DNA of 64,000 nucleotides from the NCBI RefSeq assembly GCF_009834535.1, contig NC_045697.1, positions 74,402,001 through 74,466,000 of the forward strand. Direction: 5' to 3'. This stretch comes from Camelus ferus (lineage: Eukaryota). Below the pieces are notes generated by a model. That model was not told the DNA's origin. It worked only from the letters and a program-made list of their open reading frames with translations, and made no database searches. Position 1 is the first letter of the stretch; each line of letters opens with the position of its first letter. This document shows, one piece after another, positions 50,405 to 64,000 of the stretch. A program made the position numbers and the translations under genes.

Positions 50405-52110
50405 TTACTTGACACACATTTGAGAGCTTACTAGAGGCAAGGAGCTAGTTAGGTGCTGGGAGGAATACAAATGTTTGTAGAATATGGACTCTTGCTTGCC
50501 AGGAGCTGATTTGGTAAGATGGTTGTTGTCTCTTATTCCTTCCAGGATTCTAAAATAGGCAAGAGTTAGGGGAAAAGAGCTGAGGTTGTTTAGAGGAAGA
50601 ATTACTTCCTATATGAGGGGATCAAGGAAGATTTCAGGGACTCAGTAGTGTTCAGTTGGTTCATTCATTCAATAGATACATACTGAGGGCTATTACCTGT
50701 GTTACCCTGGGCCAACCACTGCAGACCTGTCAGTAAGAGGAAGCTACAGGCATTTATGTCCGTCACTGTCAGTGTTGAAGGCCAGCAGATGAAGCCACTA
50801 TTACTGAATGACAGGTGAGTTTTGAGACAGGCGTGTTTCGAGGTAGGATACTGTGAGGGCATATCTCAGCAGACAGTATCCCCCAAGAGTGATGGTCTCG
50901 TGGCCCAGCTAAATCCTGGGGGATAAGTAAGTCAAGTGAAGGGCACCCTACCAGACAGAAAAATGCGTTAATACTTCAGAAGCCAGAATGAGGGCATATT
51001 CCAGGAAATGTCAGAACCTTAATCTGGCCTTGGGGTCTCTGTGGAGGGCACCTGATGAGAGACGCCAGAGGAGAGGTTGGCGTGGGCTAACTCATGGAAG
51101 GCCTTTGATGTCATAGTAAATAGATTAACCTTTATCCCAAAGTTACAGAGGAACACTGTATAGATTTTAAGTAGGGAAATTACATAATTGAGTCTATATT
51201 TCAGAGGTGATAAGCTGGTGCCAATGGGTCAGATCTAGCGTAGAGGTGAACTTGATTTCATTCACAGGGTGTTTCAACATTTTTTGAAATAGTTGTCAGT
51301 GTTTCATGAGACATGGATGTCAGGCCCAGGGTTTGTTGAAAAATCTCTGCATTGCCACAAGGAACCACAAGGGCTGGAGTTGCTTGGCAGCTACCCTGTG
51401 TGGAAGAAGCATGTATTCCATGTTACCATGGGGCTCACTTTGGGCAAATGCCAGAGGCCTGTACACATTTGAGGTTCTGGGGCCAATTTCTGAACATTTT
51501 CCTGATTGGTGATTAAGAGCTAGATAGTTGAGGCTCAGGGCTAGAGGACTGTTACAGTAAACCTGGTGAAGAATTAGGTTTTATCTTAAGCAGGACTGGT
51601 GGGAACAGAGAAGAATGGGGATTTGAAAAATACTAAAAAGAAAGGAGGGCAAGGCATGCCTTAGGACAGTGGTGGGGAGTGCAGGCTTCGGAGACAGACC
51701 TGGCTGCAGCCATGAACTGTGTCTTTGAGAAACTTACCTAACCTTCCTGAGCAGTAAAATATAGACAACAGCCCTACCTCGTGGGGTTTTTATCAGGGTC
51801 AAATGAGAAAAGGCAAACCCCTAGCTCAGGAACTGGCTCATACTAATTCACATTCAGTAAAGTGGTGGCAGGCGATGGGGGTGGCTGTGAGGCAGATGGA
51901 ATCAAGGGTGACGCCCAAGTTTGTGGTGTGTTATTTGGCAGCTAGAGAACGTGGAGAAAGTGCAGGCGACGGCTTCGGTGTTAGATGTGGTATGTGTGAC
52001 GTGCTTATGAGACCTTGAAGTGGAGAGGTGTGATACGTGGTTGGATTCTGGGGTCTGGAGCTCAGGGGTGAGGTCTGAGTGAGCGGGCACAGGCTGGGAT
52101 TTGGTGATCT
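50405..52110 (-). mobile_element. Fragmented L2 carrying a MER102-like hAT insertion (~51202-51505) and a MIR (~51655-51870)
   Basis: L2 motifs (catttgagagcttact; gattttaagtagggaa; ggtctggagctcaggggtgaggtctg) resume on both sides of the inserts. Confidence 0.65.
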
Positions 52111-55100
52111 CTCCACCACTGTCTGCTCACACCCTCCTTCCCCTCCGCCTCCTTCGGTCAACATGATAATCCTCACAACCACCACCAGAGAGGATCAGCG
52201 TTAAGCAGTAAAAGGAGTATATGGAAGAGGTAAAATAGTGTGTGTCAGCTGAAATGTTATCTGATAGTTTTCAGTTCTTGAAAAAAATTTCTTTCCGGTT
52301 GAACATTTTGGCCTCTAGTCAAAAGAAATGAGTAATTCAACATTTGTTTCTATCAAGGGCTGAAAAAAAAAATCACTCTATAAACATTCTAGGCTTTTTC
52401 CCCTTTTGGTTGGCTTTTCCTGTTTCACATCACTCTCCTAATTCCGAGTAATATTCAACTAAAAGTGAATCCTTGTTAGGAACAAATGACCACACTTGTG
52501 TTTGGAGTTTGTACTCTTTCTTAGCTGAACATCCTGAGAATCAGCCCCGGCTCCGATGCCACCTGCTCCTCCACGCCCTCCTGACGTCAGGGGCAGGATG
52601 TGTCCTCTTCATTCTCTGCACTTGGTTGTTACACTGGCACAGAGCTTATCCCATCCTGCCCTGCAGTGTGGTTATTGGTGGCCCTGTGTTGTTTGTTCTG
52701 CTAGTCTGTGAGCTCTGTGAACTGGGGCCTGGGCCTTACACGCCCTTAGCTTCTTCAGTGCCGGCTCGTCTTGCTCAGTCAGTACTTTGAAGGTGGAAGG
52801 ACTGGGCACTTCTATATCAAAGGCATAAGATGAACAGGATGTAATCCTAACAAGCCGATCGTGGTTTTAGGAAAAACAGTTTACTTGGAAAATGAATATA
52901 TTTAATTTGTCTGCCTGTCTTATGACCTTATTGCATGCCATAGATCTTAACTCTTGATTAAGGTTCTTAAAAGAAATCAATTTACATGCTTGAAAACACA
53001 TAAAGTGCAACGTGATTGTCGTCTGCTGCTTCTAGTCCATTGATTGTTTGCAGTAATGGATGGAATCTTGATTCTTTATGTACAGGGCTCTTCAATCTGG
53101 TGATGGCCTTGTCTTAGAAGGATGCTTTTTTGCTATGTGGTCGTGGTCACGGTGGACTGCCTTTGCGTTGCCAGACCCTGTCCTGCCTCATGCTTTTCTG
53201 GCTTTGCTTGTGCTGTGTGTCTTGAATGAAAGGCCCTTCACGCAACCACATGGTGAATTCCTAAGCATCCTTTAAGATGCAGCTCACATTTCCTCTTGTC
53301 TTTCCTGACATTTTTCCTACTCTTGCCTGTCTGCAGAGAAAGCCCTTCTCTGTTCTTTTTTTTCCTCCATTCTTTTAATGCTGCGTACACCTGTCATGTC
53401 TGTCTTTGTCAGGAGACTATGCTCTTTCAGAGCAGGTACTGTGTACTTAAAAGAGCTCAAAGCCTGGCGGGGGTGCTAGATATGAAAACTGACTGATAAC
53501 ATAGCACGAAAACAGGTGCATATATAAGTAGATATATAAACTGTATGGCAGAGGTGTGCACGGGGGTGATGAAAGCACTGAGGAGGGCTCCAAACTCAGA
53601 ATGAGAGACCAAAGCAAATACTGTGTAAGCTGACTATTGAAGCCTATCAGGATGTCCAGCAAAGGGGAAGAGTGACACTCCACGGAAGAGCGTGGAGGTA
53701 TTAGAGTAGGTTATTTCCTGGGAACTGCGATTAGTTGGTATATTTGTGGTTGTCCTTGGACATGAGGCTGGTGGGATAGACAGGAGTCAGATCATGAAAG
53801 GTGGGGTCGAATGCCGTCCTAAGGGCTCGAACCAGTGAGATGGGCTCTACGTAAGCATGACAAGGAGTCAGTCAGTGACGGGGGGGACTGGCATGGTGAG
53901 ATCATGCAGAAGCCCGTGATTAGCGAGGCCCCTCCAGTAGCAGATTAGGAGTGGATCGAAGTCCACGGTACTGGGGGCAGGGAGACCCTTGTGCCTTCAC
54001 TTATTTAATCCATCCCTTATTGATGGACAGCTAAGTTGTTTCCAAGTTTCTGTTTAAGGTTATCTATCAGGTAAATTCGGAACAATGAGTGAGTTAATGC
54101 TTTCCTTAGAAAAAAAATAAAAACAAACCATGACCCAAACTGACTAATGGCTAACATCCTATAATTCTAATGCACAATTAGAAAATTGGTTCCATTTTTT
54201 AAATAATTAATATCTGTCTCAACTCATTATATATCAGCCACTCTTCAAACATAGGGATTTTGGTTGCTGAAAGAAGTGGTGATGGTTACATTAAAACTTT
54301 CTGTCCTTTGGTGTTGATTGCCCAGTACAGGTACTGATCAGAGCATCATCTCCTCAGCTGAAACAAATATGATTTTTTTTTCTAAAAGAAATACTTGAAT
54401 GTGTTTCATTATATTCCAGTGAATTCTTACATTATGACATCAGATGTCTTGTAAATTTATTTTTTTAAAGAAATTTTTTAGCACTACTTCCTTTCCAAAG
54501 CCTTTTCTGACTCTCTTAAACCTTTGTAATTGATCACTTCCTCTTGTGTATTCTCTACGCACATCTGTTACTAGGACATCCTTGCTTACTGGATTTACCT
54601 ACTTGAGGACGAGGACTTGGTCTTTCATTGATTTTAATATCCTCAGTCTTTAATATAGTATCTTAGGACTCTGGAACTATTCCTCTTTGTCATTCTTGAA
54701 ATTCTCATTATAGGTAACATTTTATCGAGCTCTTAGTATGAAATGGACACTGTTCTAAGTACTTTATTTAGATATTCTCATTTAAGCCTCCCAATAGACC
54801 TATGAGTAAATTCTATGTGCACCATGTTGGTTTACTATTTTTTAAATTAAAAAATCGCAGTGTTGACACTGTCCTCTTGTTCAACCTATGGTCTCCATTT
54901 TAGAGCAGATAGTAGCTGGGTAATCTGTACAGGCCATGCATCTTCTAAGCAGTAGGGCTGGGACCTCAGCAGCCTAACTCCAGCATCTGTGCATTTGCCC
55001 CTCTCTAGAGTGTGCTGGTAAGTGAGCAACAGCTCACAAAGGAAGGAATACCTGTCAAGGTAGTTAAGTAGTATTTATTAAGATACAGGGTATTATCCTA

Positions 55101-55114
55101 CTCGTGTTTATAAA

Positions 55115-56070
55115 TTTTAACTATTTTTGTATTTGAAAATTTTCGAATACACAGAGGAGTTAAAAGTATAGCAACATGTACAGTTGTTAACATGTTACAC
55201 ATTTGCACACATGCACCCACTTGCTTGCATGCTCTCTTTATGTGTATATATTTTACTGAACCATTTGAAAGTAACTTACAGACATAATGGCTTTTCGTAC
55301 CTGCATACTTCAAAATGCATGCATATTATCACACTTACGAAATTTAACATAGGTACAATATTATCTAATACACAGTCCATATTTAGATTTCCCAAATTAC
55401 TCTCAAAATGGTTTTCATGGATTTTTTCTTATTGATCCAGATCCAGTCAAGGACCACATATTGCATTTAGTTGACATTCCTCTTTGGTTTCCTTTAACTT
55501 TGAATGGCTTAAGAACAGTTTTAGATCTACCTCTTTCTTTTTAATGTGCTTCTTAACAATGATATTTTTCAAGAGTACAGGTCAATTTCTTGGTAGAATG
55601 TTGCACATCTAACCTCGTCTGAGTTTCCCTTATCATTAGATGCAGGTTAAATCTTTTTTGCAAGAATATTACATAGATGATCATATGTTATGACATTCCC
55701 ATTTCACATAATGTCATTTTTATTTTATTATTCGTGATGCTAAGTTTGATCATTTAAAATTCTGTCCACCAGATTTTTTCCGCTGAAAGTCACCTTCTTC
55801 CCTTTGTAATGAGTAAGTAATCTGTGGAGTGACACATTGAAATAGTTTGAACATCCTCTTTCCCAGCAAACTTACACCCAGTGAAAGTTTTAATATCTGT
55901 GGATAGTTTTTGCTCAGATTATTTCAGTGGTAGTTGTAAAATTGTGTTTTTCAAATTCTGTCAATCCTTCATTGGCATTCCTCTATAAAAAAAGAGCTCT
56001 GTTCTCTTCTTTTTTAGACTCACTTTGGACCCATGGATTCTTTTATTATTCAGTTGTTATCAATTACTAT
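55115..56070 (-). mobile_element. L1MC-like 3' fragment
   Basis: tttactgaaccatttgaaagtaacttacagacat...gatgctaagtttgatcattt...ttccctttgtaatgagtaagtaatctgtgg. Confidence 0.8.
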
Positions 56071-58474
56071 CTGTTGACTAAATGTTTGACTATAGTTTGT
56101 GAATTGTTTAAGTTCTTAATAAAAAATATTATGTAACCCATGAGAGCCAAAAAAAGTCATAGATGTGATACATCAAAGAGAGAACATTTCTATACTTCAT
56201 TAATGATTCAGAATCTGGGTTCCATACAAAACAAACAATAGAGTAAAGAGATTCTTTTATGCTGAAATATTCTGGCAGGGTTACTTTAATTTTCTTAAAT
56301 TATAGTGTTCTCAACTTTGACTTTTCCTTCCTGGAAATGTAACTTAATTACCTTTACACCTTTAATTACTATTGATATTCTCTACCCCTCTTATCCTTCT
56401 GTGTTTAGTGTTTTTCTATAATCTGACTCTCCTCCCTTCTAAATCCACTCAAAGTGCAAGGTTTCTGCCTTTTTCTGAATACCAGAAGAATTAGCAAATT
56501 GACCATGGAACTGGGCTAAGAAATTTTTACTGAAATCAGGCAAGTCACTTAACCTTCTGGGCTTTTGCTTGTCTGCTGGTGAAGTGAGGATTATGTCTGT
56601 CTCTCTCCTGCCTTATATGGATGTTGTGAGGGTAAATTTAGTCAGTCATATAAAATGGTTTCACTGTTCTGTATTCACGAGATTGTGTAACAGATAGTAT
56701 TTTATAGTGATGACAATCAGAGGCACTTTTATTTCAGTTTTTACTACAGTGAGAATTTGGATTTGAAAATTGGATGTTGGACACTAGAATACAGGACAGT
56801 GGGAAGGCTGGAGAGTTACTTCCCCTGGGGATGCTGCAGTCTGTACGGTTCTTCCCACTGGATTTGTTGTCCCTGTAATACAGGGAGACTCAAGGCCTTT
56901 TCCAGAGGAGCCCTGTAAAATTCTGCCTCCATTCTTTCCAGGTTCCATTAATACAGCAATGATTTGTTTAATGCTTCCTTCAGCAACTCTCTCTCTTCCA
57001 AAGCCAATTGCTCTTTGAAAAAAGATATTCCTGATTGTATGTTCTTGTCCCCGTCATATGAGTTTGTCCATATCTGAGTTCTGTGGTACTTGTGAGATGT
57101 AATGAGAGCTCTTGGAAATCTCCCCATTTTGTATCCATTCATCGTTCTGCCCTGCCCTGTGTACTTCCAGTCACCTTTGTGTCTAAATTACATACCCTGG
57201 AGGACAGGGGTCTTTGTTCTGCTTTTAGTGGTGCCAGGTCTGAACAGTAACATGAGGTAGATGGCAAAAATTACAAATGAGTCTTAGTATTTGAAACATA
57301 ATCTTATTTACGTTAAGAAAAATTTTCTCAGGTTACTAACAACACCTACAGTTGAGTTGGCTTTTTCCTCGTCACTTTCCAGAGCCACCATCTGCTTAGG
57401 CATCTCATCATGTCATTTTTTTTTTTTTCAAACAAATGTTGGCACTTGATTCCCAAGTGTGATGAGATTACATGAGAAATACTACACAGAACTGATGTGG
57501 GAGTTTAATTTTCCTGTAACTTATTTGATAACGTTGTCCAACTCAGTGTCAGAAAATATTATCCAATTCTCAGAAGCCCAGTTACATCAGCTAGGATGAA
57601 TTTTTAACAGTAAGATTTTAGATCGCAGTCAAACAGAAGAGGCTTGGGCATGTGACATTAAAGAGCTATGTTTGCTTTGCCAGTTGAGACTTGTTTCTTT
57701 TTCTAGTTAAAGTAATGACTTAGGGGTTATTTTAAGGGCACTTTGGAGATTGTGTTGCAGGAATGTTAGAGACTAAATTTCGAGTGTGATTTGCCCATTT
57801 GAGCTTAATTCTGGCATCTGATTTTGAGGGGAGAAATCTGTCATTTATTGACTCTCTGTGATCCTTGCCTGACCTTTATTTACTGAGCTTCTAAACCATG
57901 TGTGGATGCTAGCGGACAGTGGACCAGATGTGACCCAAACTGCTTGTCCCTGACACACGGTGAAGGTTGGAGAGACAGTGTTGCCTTTTCTGATTAGCCT
58001 GTAGCAACAGATACATTATTTCCTACAAAGCAAGTATCTCATCTATTTTTGATGTTTTTAGAAGACTTTCTAAAATAGATTACTAAAAATAGTCCACTTA
58101 TACTTTTGTTTTTTTCCTGACCTGCTGTTCACAGCAGGTTGTCGAGGTATGTGTGTTTTGGCTACTGAGAGCTCACATTACAGCGGGATAGGTTGTCAGA
58201 AGGTGGGTCAGTTCATGCAGAAGTTGGGAATCATTTTTCTCTAGTCTCAAGAGGGGTATGTATTTTTCTAATCTATTTTTTAAGATATAGAAATGAAGTT
58301 CTTTAGACTTCTATGAGTATGTGATACTGTAGATATAAAATAAATTTGACAAGTTATATTTCGTTACTAGGATTTACTCATAACATTTTTATCCTAAGTG
58401 TGTATCTGAAGAAAACATTTGCTAGCTTGATGGTAAACACAGATTAAGTCCAAATTCCACAGCCTCGTGCTCAA

Positions 58475-58912
58475 GGATAGCCAGTTAGGAACTGTATTAT
58501 AATTGGACTTACGTTGTAATCGTATGTGGCTGCAAATAACAGTGACACAAAAAACAGTATCCTTAATTGCTAAGTTGGCCATTTAGGGTTAATACTCTGA
58601 CTTCTAGCTCTGCCTCTTTTCCATTTTCAAGATTTACCTCATGCTCACAAAGTGGCTCTACATTCTAGGCAAGAAGACAGAGGAGGGCATACTAGTCAGC
58701 CACCTTTTCAGGCGGCTTTGAAGTTCCAAAAGCCTCACCCACTAACTTCTGTTTACGTACAGTTGCCCCAAGTTTAGTCACTTGGCTCCCCAGTATGCCA
58801 GGGAGGACAGGGAATGTAGTGTTCCACTCATTACCCACTCCAGAAAAAAGCCATTCTATTTTAAAGAAGGGAAAAATAGACATTGGTGAGCACCCAGCAA
58901 TGTCTGCCACCA
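58475..58912. mobile_element. MLT1J/K-like LTR, opposite orientation to the copy at 15910
   Basis: Ends gaaaaatagacattggtgagcacccagcaatgtctgccac. Confidence 0.7.
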
Positions 58913-61289
58913 ATGCCTTTTATCATCTGCCTTAATTAGCATATGTTGTGATCACATCTGCTGTTCTAAGCACTTGGTACTGTAGCTCCACCAGAACCCG
59001 GGCACTCCCTGAGACCTCCCTTCAGTGTCCTCCCCCATCCTTTGCTCATATTCCTAAAGGCTGTGTCTCCCATCCCAACCCCCTCTGCCTCTTACCTCTA
59101 AGGCATTGCTCAGATCACATTTCCTAAAAGAGGCCTTTCCAGGACCTCAGTTACTCTCTGCCCCACCCTATTCTCTCATCTCAGCTCTCTATCATAGCCC
59201 TTGTTAAGTTTCAGCCAATATGTTAAAATTTCACAGTTAATTTTCATATATTCTAATGACTCCCTCATCCCCTTCCCACTTAGTATGATAATTGTATGTG
59301 CTGAGTGTTCAGTATATGTTTGCTGAATTCCAGCGCAGACCTAATGCCAATAAGATAATAGGAGAAAGTTCTCTTGTACAACATTTTTGTAAGAGGAAAA
59401 AATTGTTACATCAGCATTGTGAGTATCCTTTTCCATTTAATAGCTGTTGGCTAGTATATAGGTCGTTGGTGACTTCAGTGAATAGTCTGCGGGGTAGAAG
59501 TGTAAACAGTAGTTTGAAAACACTGGCTCCCTAAACATGGAAGAAACATGAACAGTCTGGGCCTCTTGGAATGTGGGCATTTGATGTGCCCAAGATTAAG
59601 GCACTCCACAGAGAACAAACAACGAAAGAGGGAGGGGACAATAAAAACTGTGGTTTCTGTAAAGCACCTGAAAGCACCTGAAAGCACCTGAATGATCATC
59701 GAGGTGGTCGGGGGTCAGGAGGCAACACAACCTTCATAAAGTGTTCTCTTCTAAATGAACTTTTTCATGTTCTCCAGTGGTACCTCCTAAACTTTTTTCA
59801 TGCTTTTAGAGATGTTTCCAAATGCTAAGCATTTGGGGAGGTTGTTACCTTGACTAGCATTTAATTATTTTGAGGTGCTTATGTTTTCTTTTTAAATGTG
59901 GCACCCTGGGTGCCCCAGACACCTGATTCATTCAGGTTGTGTTCACATATAATTGTTAGGATTTATGGAACATCTTTTTTTTTTAAGATTAAAAAGAAAA
60001 CGTCTTTTAGCTTGCGTTTCTTGGTGATGGGCCTGGAAATTACATAAAGGATGGCTTGTTCCTGGGACTTGTTTTTAAAACTGCATATAAACCACTTGCC
60101 AGGTATACAGTTGACTGAAGCATAATATCGGAGGGCTGTCCTCGGTAGTTTGCTTCTCACAGATCTGAACCGAATTGTTTCCCGTCCAATGTCATGCCAT
60201 ATCTAAAATCAGATTATATGAATTTTCCCAGTACATTACTCTGCCATTACCCTTTACACTCTGCTTATCCTTTCTTTCTGCAAGCTTTTGAATTAAATAC
60301 CTACAAGCAGCACTAAGGATTAGTGATGGTACAGGGTCCACTTGGGGTGACAAATAAACAGGCAGGAGGGACCTGAAAGTAAGATGGGCAGATAAGCCTG
60401 TGGAGGGCCAGGCGAAGGGACGGCTGGGGAGAGCTGAGTGAGGAAATGTAGAACACCAAAAACAGCCTGCACATCAGTTTCACAGAAATGTTTTGAAGGA
60501 AACGATGTTAGAGAATTGTCCAAAACTAGGAGCATCTCCCAGAAAGGAGAAGAGCGTTGGCTAATACGGGAAGGAGCAGGTGTCAGGGACTGGAGGACGC
60601 AGCGTCACTGCTGACCTCACTCCCCTTGGCCTCCAAGACCTGTCTGCTCTTCACTCAGGGGTTACTGAAGCCCGTCTCTTCCTGGTGCAAACACAGATCA
60701 TGCCTTCCACGTGTCAGCTGGACTTCAGTCCACCCCACGTATTATCACCATGCTAATATTCCCAGAGTTTTATTTTTGTCAAGTAATTCTCTTGATGATG
60801 ATGATAAACTTTCATTCCTTGTAGATAAAGTGCTGTTCCACAGTCTGAAGTTTAGGGAGCATCATCGTCTGACAGCAGTTACCCGTGGTTGTCTACCTCT
60901 TCCCCTTCCTCCAGCATTTATCCATTTATTCATCTCTTTAGTTTGACAAGCCTTCTCAGTGTCCCCTAAATAAATGATGGTCTGTTTTGCTGTCCAATTC
61001 TCTACACCTCGGATGGTCCACCCCCTTCTCTTTCTACCCAGGCTTCAAGATCCAACTCAAGATCTCTTTGAGGCTTTCTGTGCAACTCTTTATGGATATG
61101 CTTGTATGATGATTTCTTTATAACTTTCATATGTGCCCATCTTGCTCATAAATAAATATTGCCTTGAATTAAAAACATTATTTTGTCTCTTGGTCTCGAT
61201 TGTAAGCTCTTTGAGACCAATGACTGTACTATATAGTGATTTTTCATCTATTTCAGTATCTGCCATAGCACTATACACATACTTGCTGT

Positions 61290-61505
61290 AGAAAAAGATT
61301 CCTCCATCTGGCACCATCCCATGTTGGGCTGGATAATTTGTTTTTGTTGGGGGTTATCTGAGCTTTATAGGATGTTTAGCGGCACCCCTGTATTCTACCC
61401 GCTAGATGCCAGGAGCACCCTCTTCCCAGTGCGACAATAAAAAATGTGTCCATTTGTGCTAAATGCCCCACAGGGAGCAAAAGTACCCCCAGCTGAGAAT
61501 CACTG
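61290..61505 (+). mobile_element. MER20 hAT-Charlie DNA transposon
   Basis: ttgggctggataatt...aggatgtttagcggcacccctg...ctacccgctagatgccag...gctgagaatcactg. Confidence 0.88.
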
Positions 61506-62279
61506 TATAAGTGGAATAAATTCTTACCAGTATCTTGGCAGGGATTGAAGACTATGATGATTTACAGCATTTTAGGGTCTTTAGGGACGATAAACTCAAT
61601 TATGGAAGACTGGACATGTTAAATAGAACTTTCTAGTTTCTGTGTAGGCTGCAGACTTTATATCTATAGGCTATAGATTGATGAGCAATTACAGTGCAAC
61701 TTTAGGTTAAGAAAGGGCAAATGACAGAAGTATCCTTAAGCTGAAGTTCCTAAAATATTGAGCTTTGGTTTTAATTCATTTTGAACCATTGCATACTTAG
61801 AAATACCATTTCCAATAAAATAAATATTTTATTATTTAATTGGAAATTTATCTGAGTTCATACTTAACCACTATCTTTAGATTAAGAACTATGTTTTGAA
61901 GCATATTTGAGAAAATGAGTTTGAAGTTATGGGTGCAGATTATTATGAAATTATAACTATTGAAAAATACCAGTTGTGTGTATGTGTAGTTTTCCAGCTT
62001 TTTTTTTCTTTTTTGACTATTTGAGTATTGTTCTCAAGTTAGCAAAATTTCCAGCCCCAAGCAACACCCACACAGACACACGTATGTAACACAAGTGTGT
62101 GAGAGTGTGTAGTCTAGACAGTGCTTACTGCTCCAAGACACAGTGATTTTGTATATTTCTATTACTCTATTGTAAATTCTTAGTTTTTTCTTTTATTGTC
62201 AAACAAGAACCTGACGTATATACCATATGGTTGATGTGCTGCTGACCTAGAAATAATGCCTGCTATCCTCTTTTCACAG

Positions 62280-62372
62280 CTGTATGCCAGCCACAGTGCA
62301 AACATGGTGAATGTATCGGACCTAACAAGTGCAAGTGTCATCCTGGATATGCTGGGAAAACCTGCAATCAAG
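62280..62372 (+). CDS. NPNT: Nephronectin coding exon 3 (first EGF-like domain), 93 nt
   Basis: Acceptor cctcttttcacag|CT, candidate branch point gctgac at ~62241; reads (P)[30 protein letters not shown] with six EGF cysteines; donor AAG|GTAGGG. Confidence 0.98.
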
Positions 62373-62527
62373 GTAGGGAAGCCGTGTGACACAGTAAACA
62401 ATCATAAGCCTCCTCTACTGTCTGATAAAAGAATTTAAGTTCTCATGCAAATCACTTTTCCGTGACTATTATCCCCAAATATATGAGATGCAATTTGGCT
62501 GAAAGATAAAAATATAAGAGTGGTGAC

Positions 62528-62676
62528 TTTTTTTTTTAGTTGTATTTATTTATTTTCATTATGTTTTGTTTTGCCTTTTTTTTTTTTTAACGCCCTTAAC
62601 GGAGGCACTGGGGATTAAACCCAGGACCTTGTGCACGCCAAGCATGCGCTCTACCACTAAGCTATACTCTCACCCC
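62528..62676 (-). mobile_element. tRNA-derived SINE (camelid type)
   Basis: ggcactggggattaaacccaggaccttgtgcacgccaagcatgcgctctaccactaagctatactctcacccc with T-rich tail; degenerate TSD aagagtggtga / aagaatggtaa. Confidence 0.9.
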
Positions 62677-64000
62677 AAGAATGGTAAATCTTTTAAAATC
62701 TATTTAATTGGAGGACAATTAAAAGAATTTCATCCTCTTATTCACTATTAATAATGAAAATGCTTTTTGAGAAAGAGAATTGCATCATTAGTAACATGTT
62801 AAATGTTAGAAGCCTTACATTCTGCTCCTCCTCGATCTTCCTCTAACTGGTTGGGAAGCTTTTGCAAATTGTTAGCCCCCTTGGATCTCAGCTAAATGAA
62901 AACACTTTAAGACTCAAAGCCCGGTAGGAGGTTTGGCTTGAAGTTTTGAGGTCCCTTCCAACTCTGAGCTCTTTGATCTTTGTGATTGAATTCCCTTCAT
63001 CCCTTGACCAGTTTGTAATGCGCTCTGAGAAAGATAGATTTTGATTAACTTAGCAAGTTATTTTTCATTGGCATCAGTTGCTTATAAAAGCAAATATTTA
63101 TTTAGCTCTCACAATGCCCAGGTATTTTATATATATTCTCTATTTTCAACACTACAACAACATTAGGAGGTTGAGCGCTGTATGTTACAATTAAGCTATA
63201 AATAATATTGTTATTTGATTTTTCATTTGAAGAGATATCAGGAATATTAAGTGTCTTGTCCAAGTTTACCAAATTTGTTGGTAAAAGATCTACTGTGTCA
63301 ACGTAGAGCTATTGCCTGTATAACTCATGTTCTTTCTACCAATACAGTTTTGGATGCGGAAAGTATCATTGGAAGTGTGATCTTCTAATTCAGGCTGCAT
63401 AACCATGCTGTCAAGTCTTGTCTTTTCAATTAATCTCAACCAAAATTTTCTACCGTTAGGTATTGAAAAAGAAAACAGAAGGAAAGAAAAGCTAGGGTTA
63501 GATTTCACTAGAGAGATGCAAGGATGAAAGAGTCAAACATTTCACTTATTTCTTAGAGTAATAATCCCTGTCATTTTAAGTGTCAAATGACACAGCTGCA
63601 TAGGGTCTCACTGTCCTATAGGCACTTACTTAACTTCATCTGATACAGAAATGATCTTGTTGAAATGCTCTTGTTCTTCAATATCTGATAGTCCTCGAAG
63701 TGTGTCATGTAAACTCGTGATCCACAGGTTTTCACAAGAATCAGGAACACTGATATTTGAAAGTGTATGTAATTGTTCCGGAACTACCAGGTGAAATCTG
63801 TTAGTGAAGTGTGACATGGCCAATGGGAGGACTAACTGTTATTCTAAAGTCTGTTCTTTTTTATCTTCTACTTGGTTGACTACCTTTTCCCCTAAAGCTG
63901 CTTCTCTATCTTAAAAACTCATTTTTTAAACTTGGAATTTACCTAACATACATGAGTAGTATTTTTGAAATTCTTATTATCTCAGTTTACTCTTTTAAAA

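Larger units (their letters stand above)
31770..64000 (+). other. NPNT: NPNT (nephronectin) transcription unit, 5' part; continues beyond the window; TSS approximate
   Basis: Spliced exons give [88 protein letters not shown], recognisable as the nephronectin N-terminus. All junctions are GT-AG and phase-compatible. The TSS is inferred from the GC-rich leader. Confidence 0.97.

Noticed and set aside
62256..62438. 60-aa ATG ORF overlapping exon 3
   Set aside because: Alternative frame of the EGF exon starting in the intron; no independent support.
62373..64000. Additional alternative NPNT exon after exon 3, which I recall from some human isoforms
   Set aside because: No matching in-frame exon with convincing splice sites found here; it may lie beyond the window or be absent.
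1..64000. CRISPR arrays, operons or other prokaryote-type systems
   Set aside because: Mammalian intron/intergenic DNA; no repeat-spacer array or dense gene cluster.

Overview
Mammalian genomic DNA, most likely camelid (camel/llama/alpaca lineage), inferred from tRNA-derived SINEs and short L1 3' ends of a type I associate with camelids. Positions 1-31300 are repeat-rich intergenic DNA (ancient L1M, L2, L3, MIR, MaLR/ERVL LTRs, hAT and Tigger fossils) with no recognisable gene. A CpG island at ~31400-33000 holds the promoter and first exon of NPNT (nephronectin), + strand. Coding exons 1 (31994-32064), 2 (34265-34365), the 51-nt cassette exon (48800-48850) and exon 3 (62280-62372, first EGF repeat) splice in frame; the gene continues past the window end. 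The most interesting items are splicing-related: a candidate 24-nt stop-containing (poison) microexon 99 nt upstream of the cassette exon, a second cryptic exon ~1 kb upstream of that, and an exon 2 acceptor one base away from a NAGNAG site (the site orthologous to human rs34712979). There is also a perfect 111-bp tandem duplication ~4 kb upstream of the promoter, a 70-bp 'tail-only' insertion with a perfect 15-bp TSD, nested transposons and two strong hairpins. I see no evidence for a new multi-gene system. Nearly all supplied ORFs are spurious. Repeat family names are from memory of consensus sequences and repeat boundaries are approximate.
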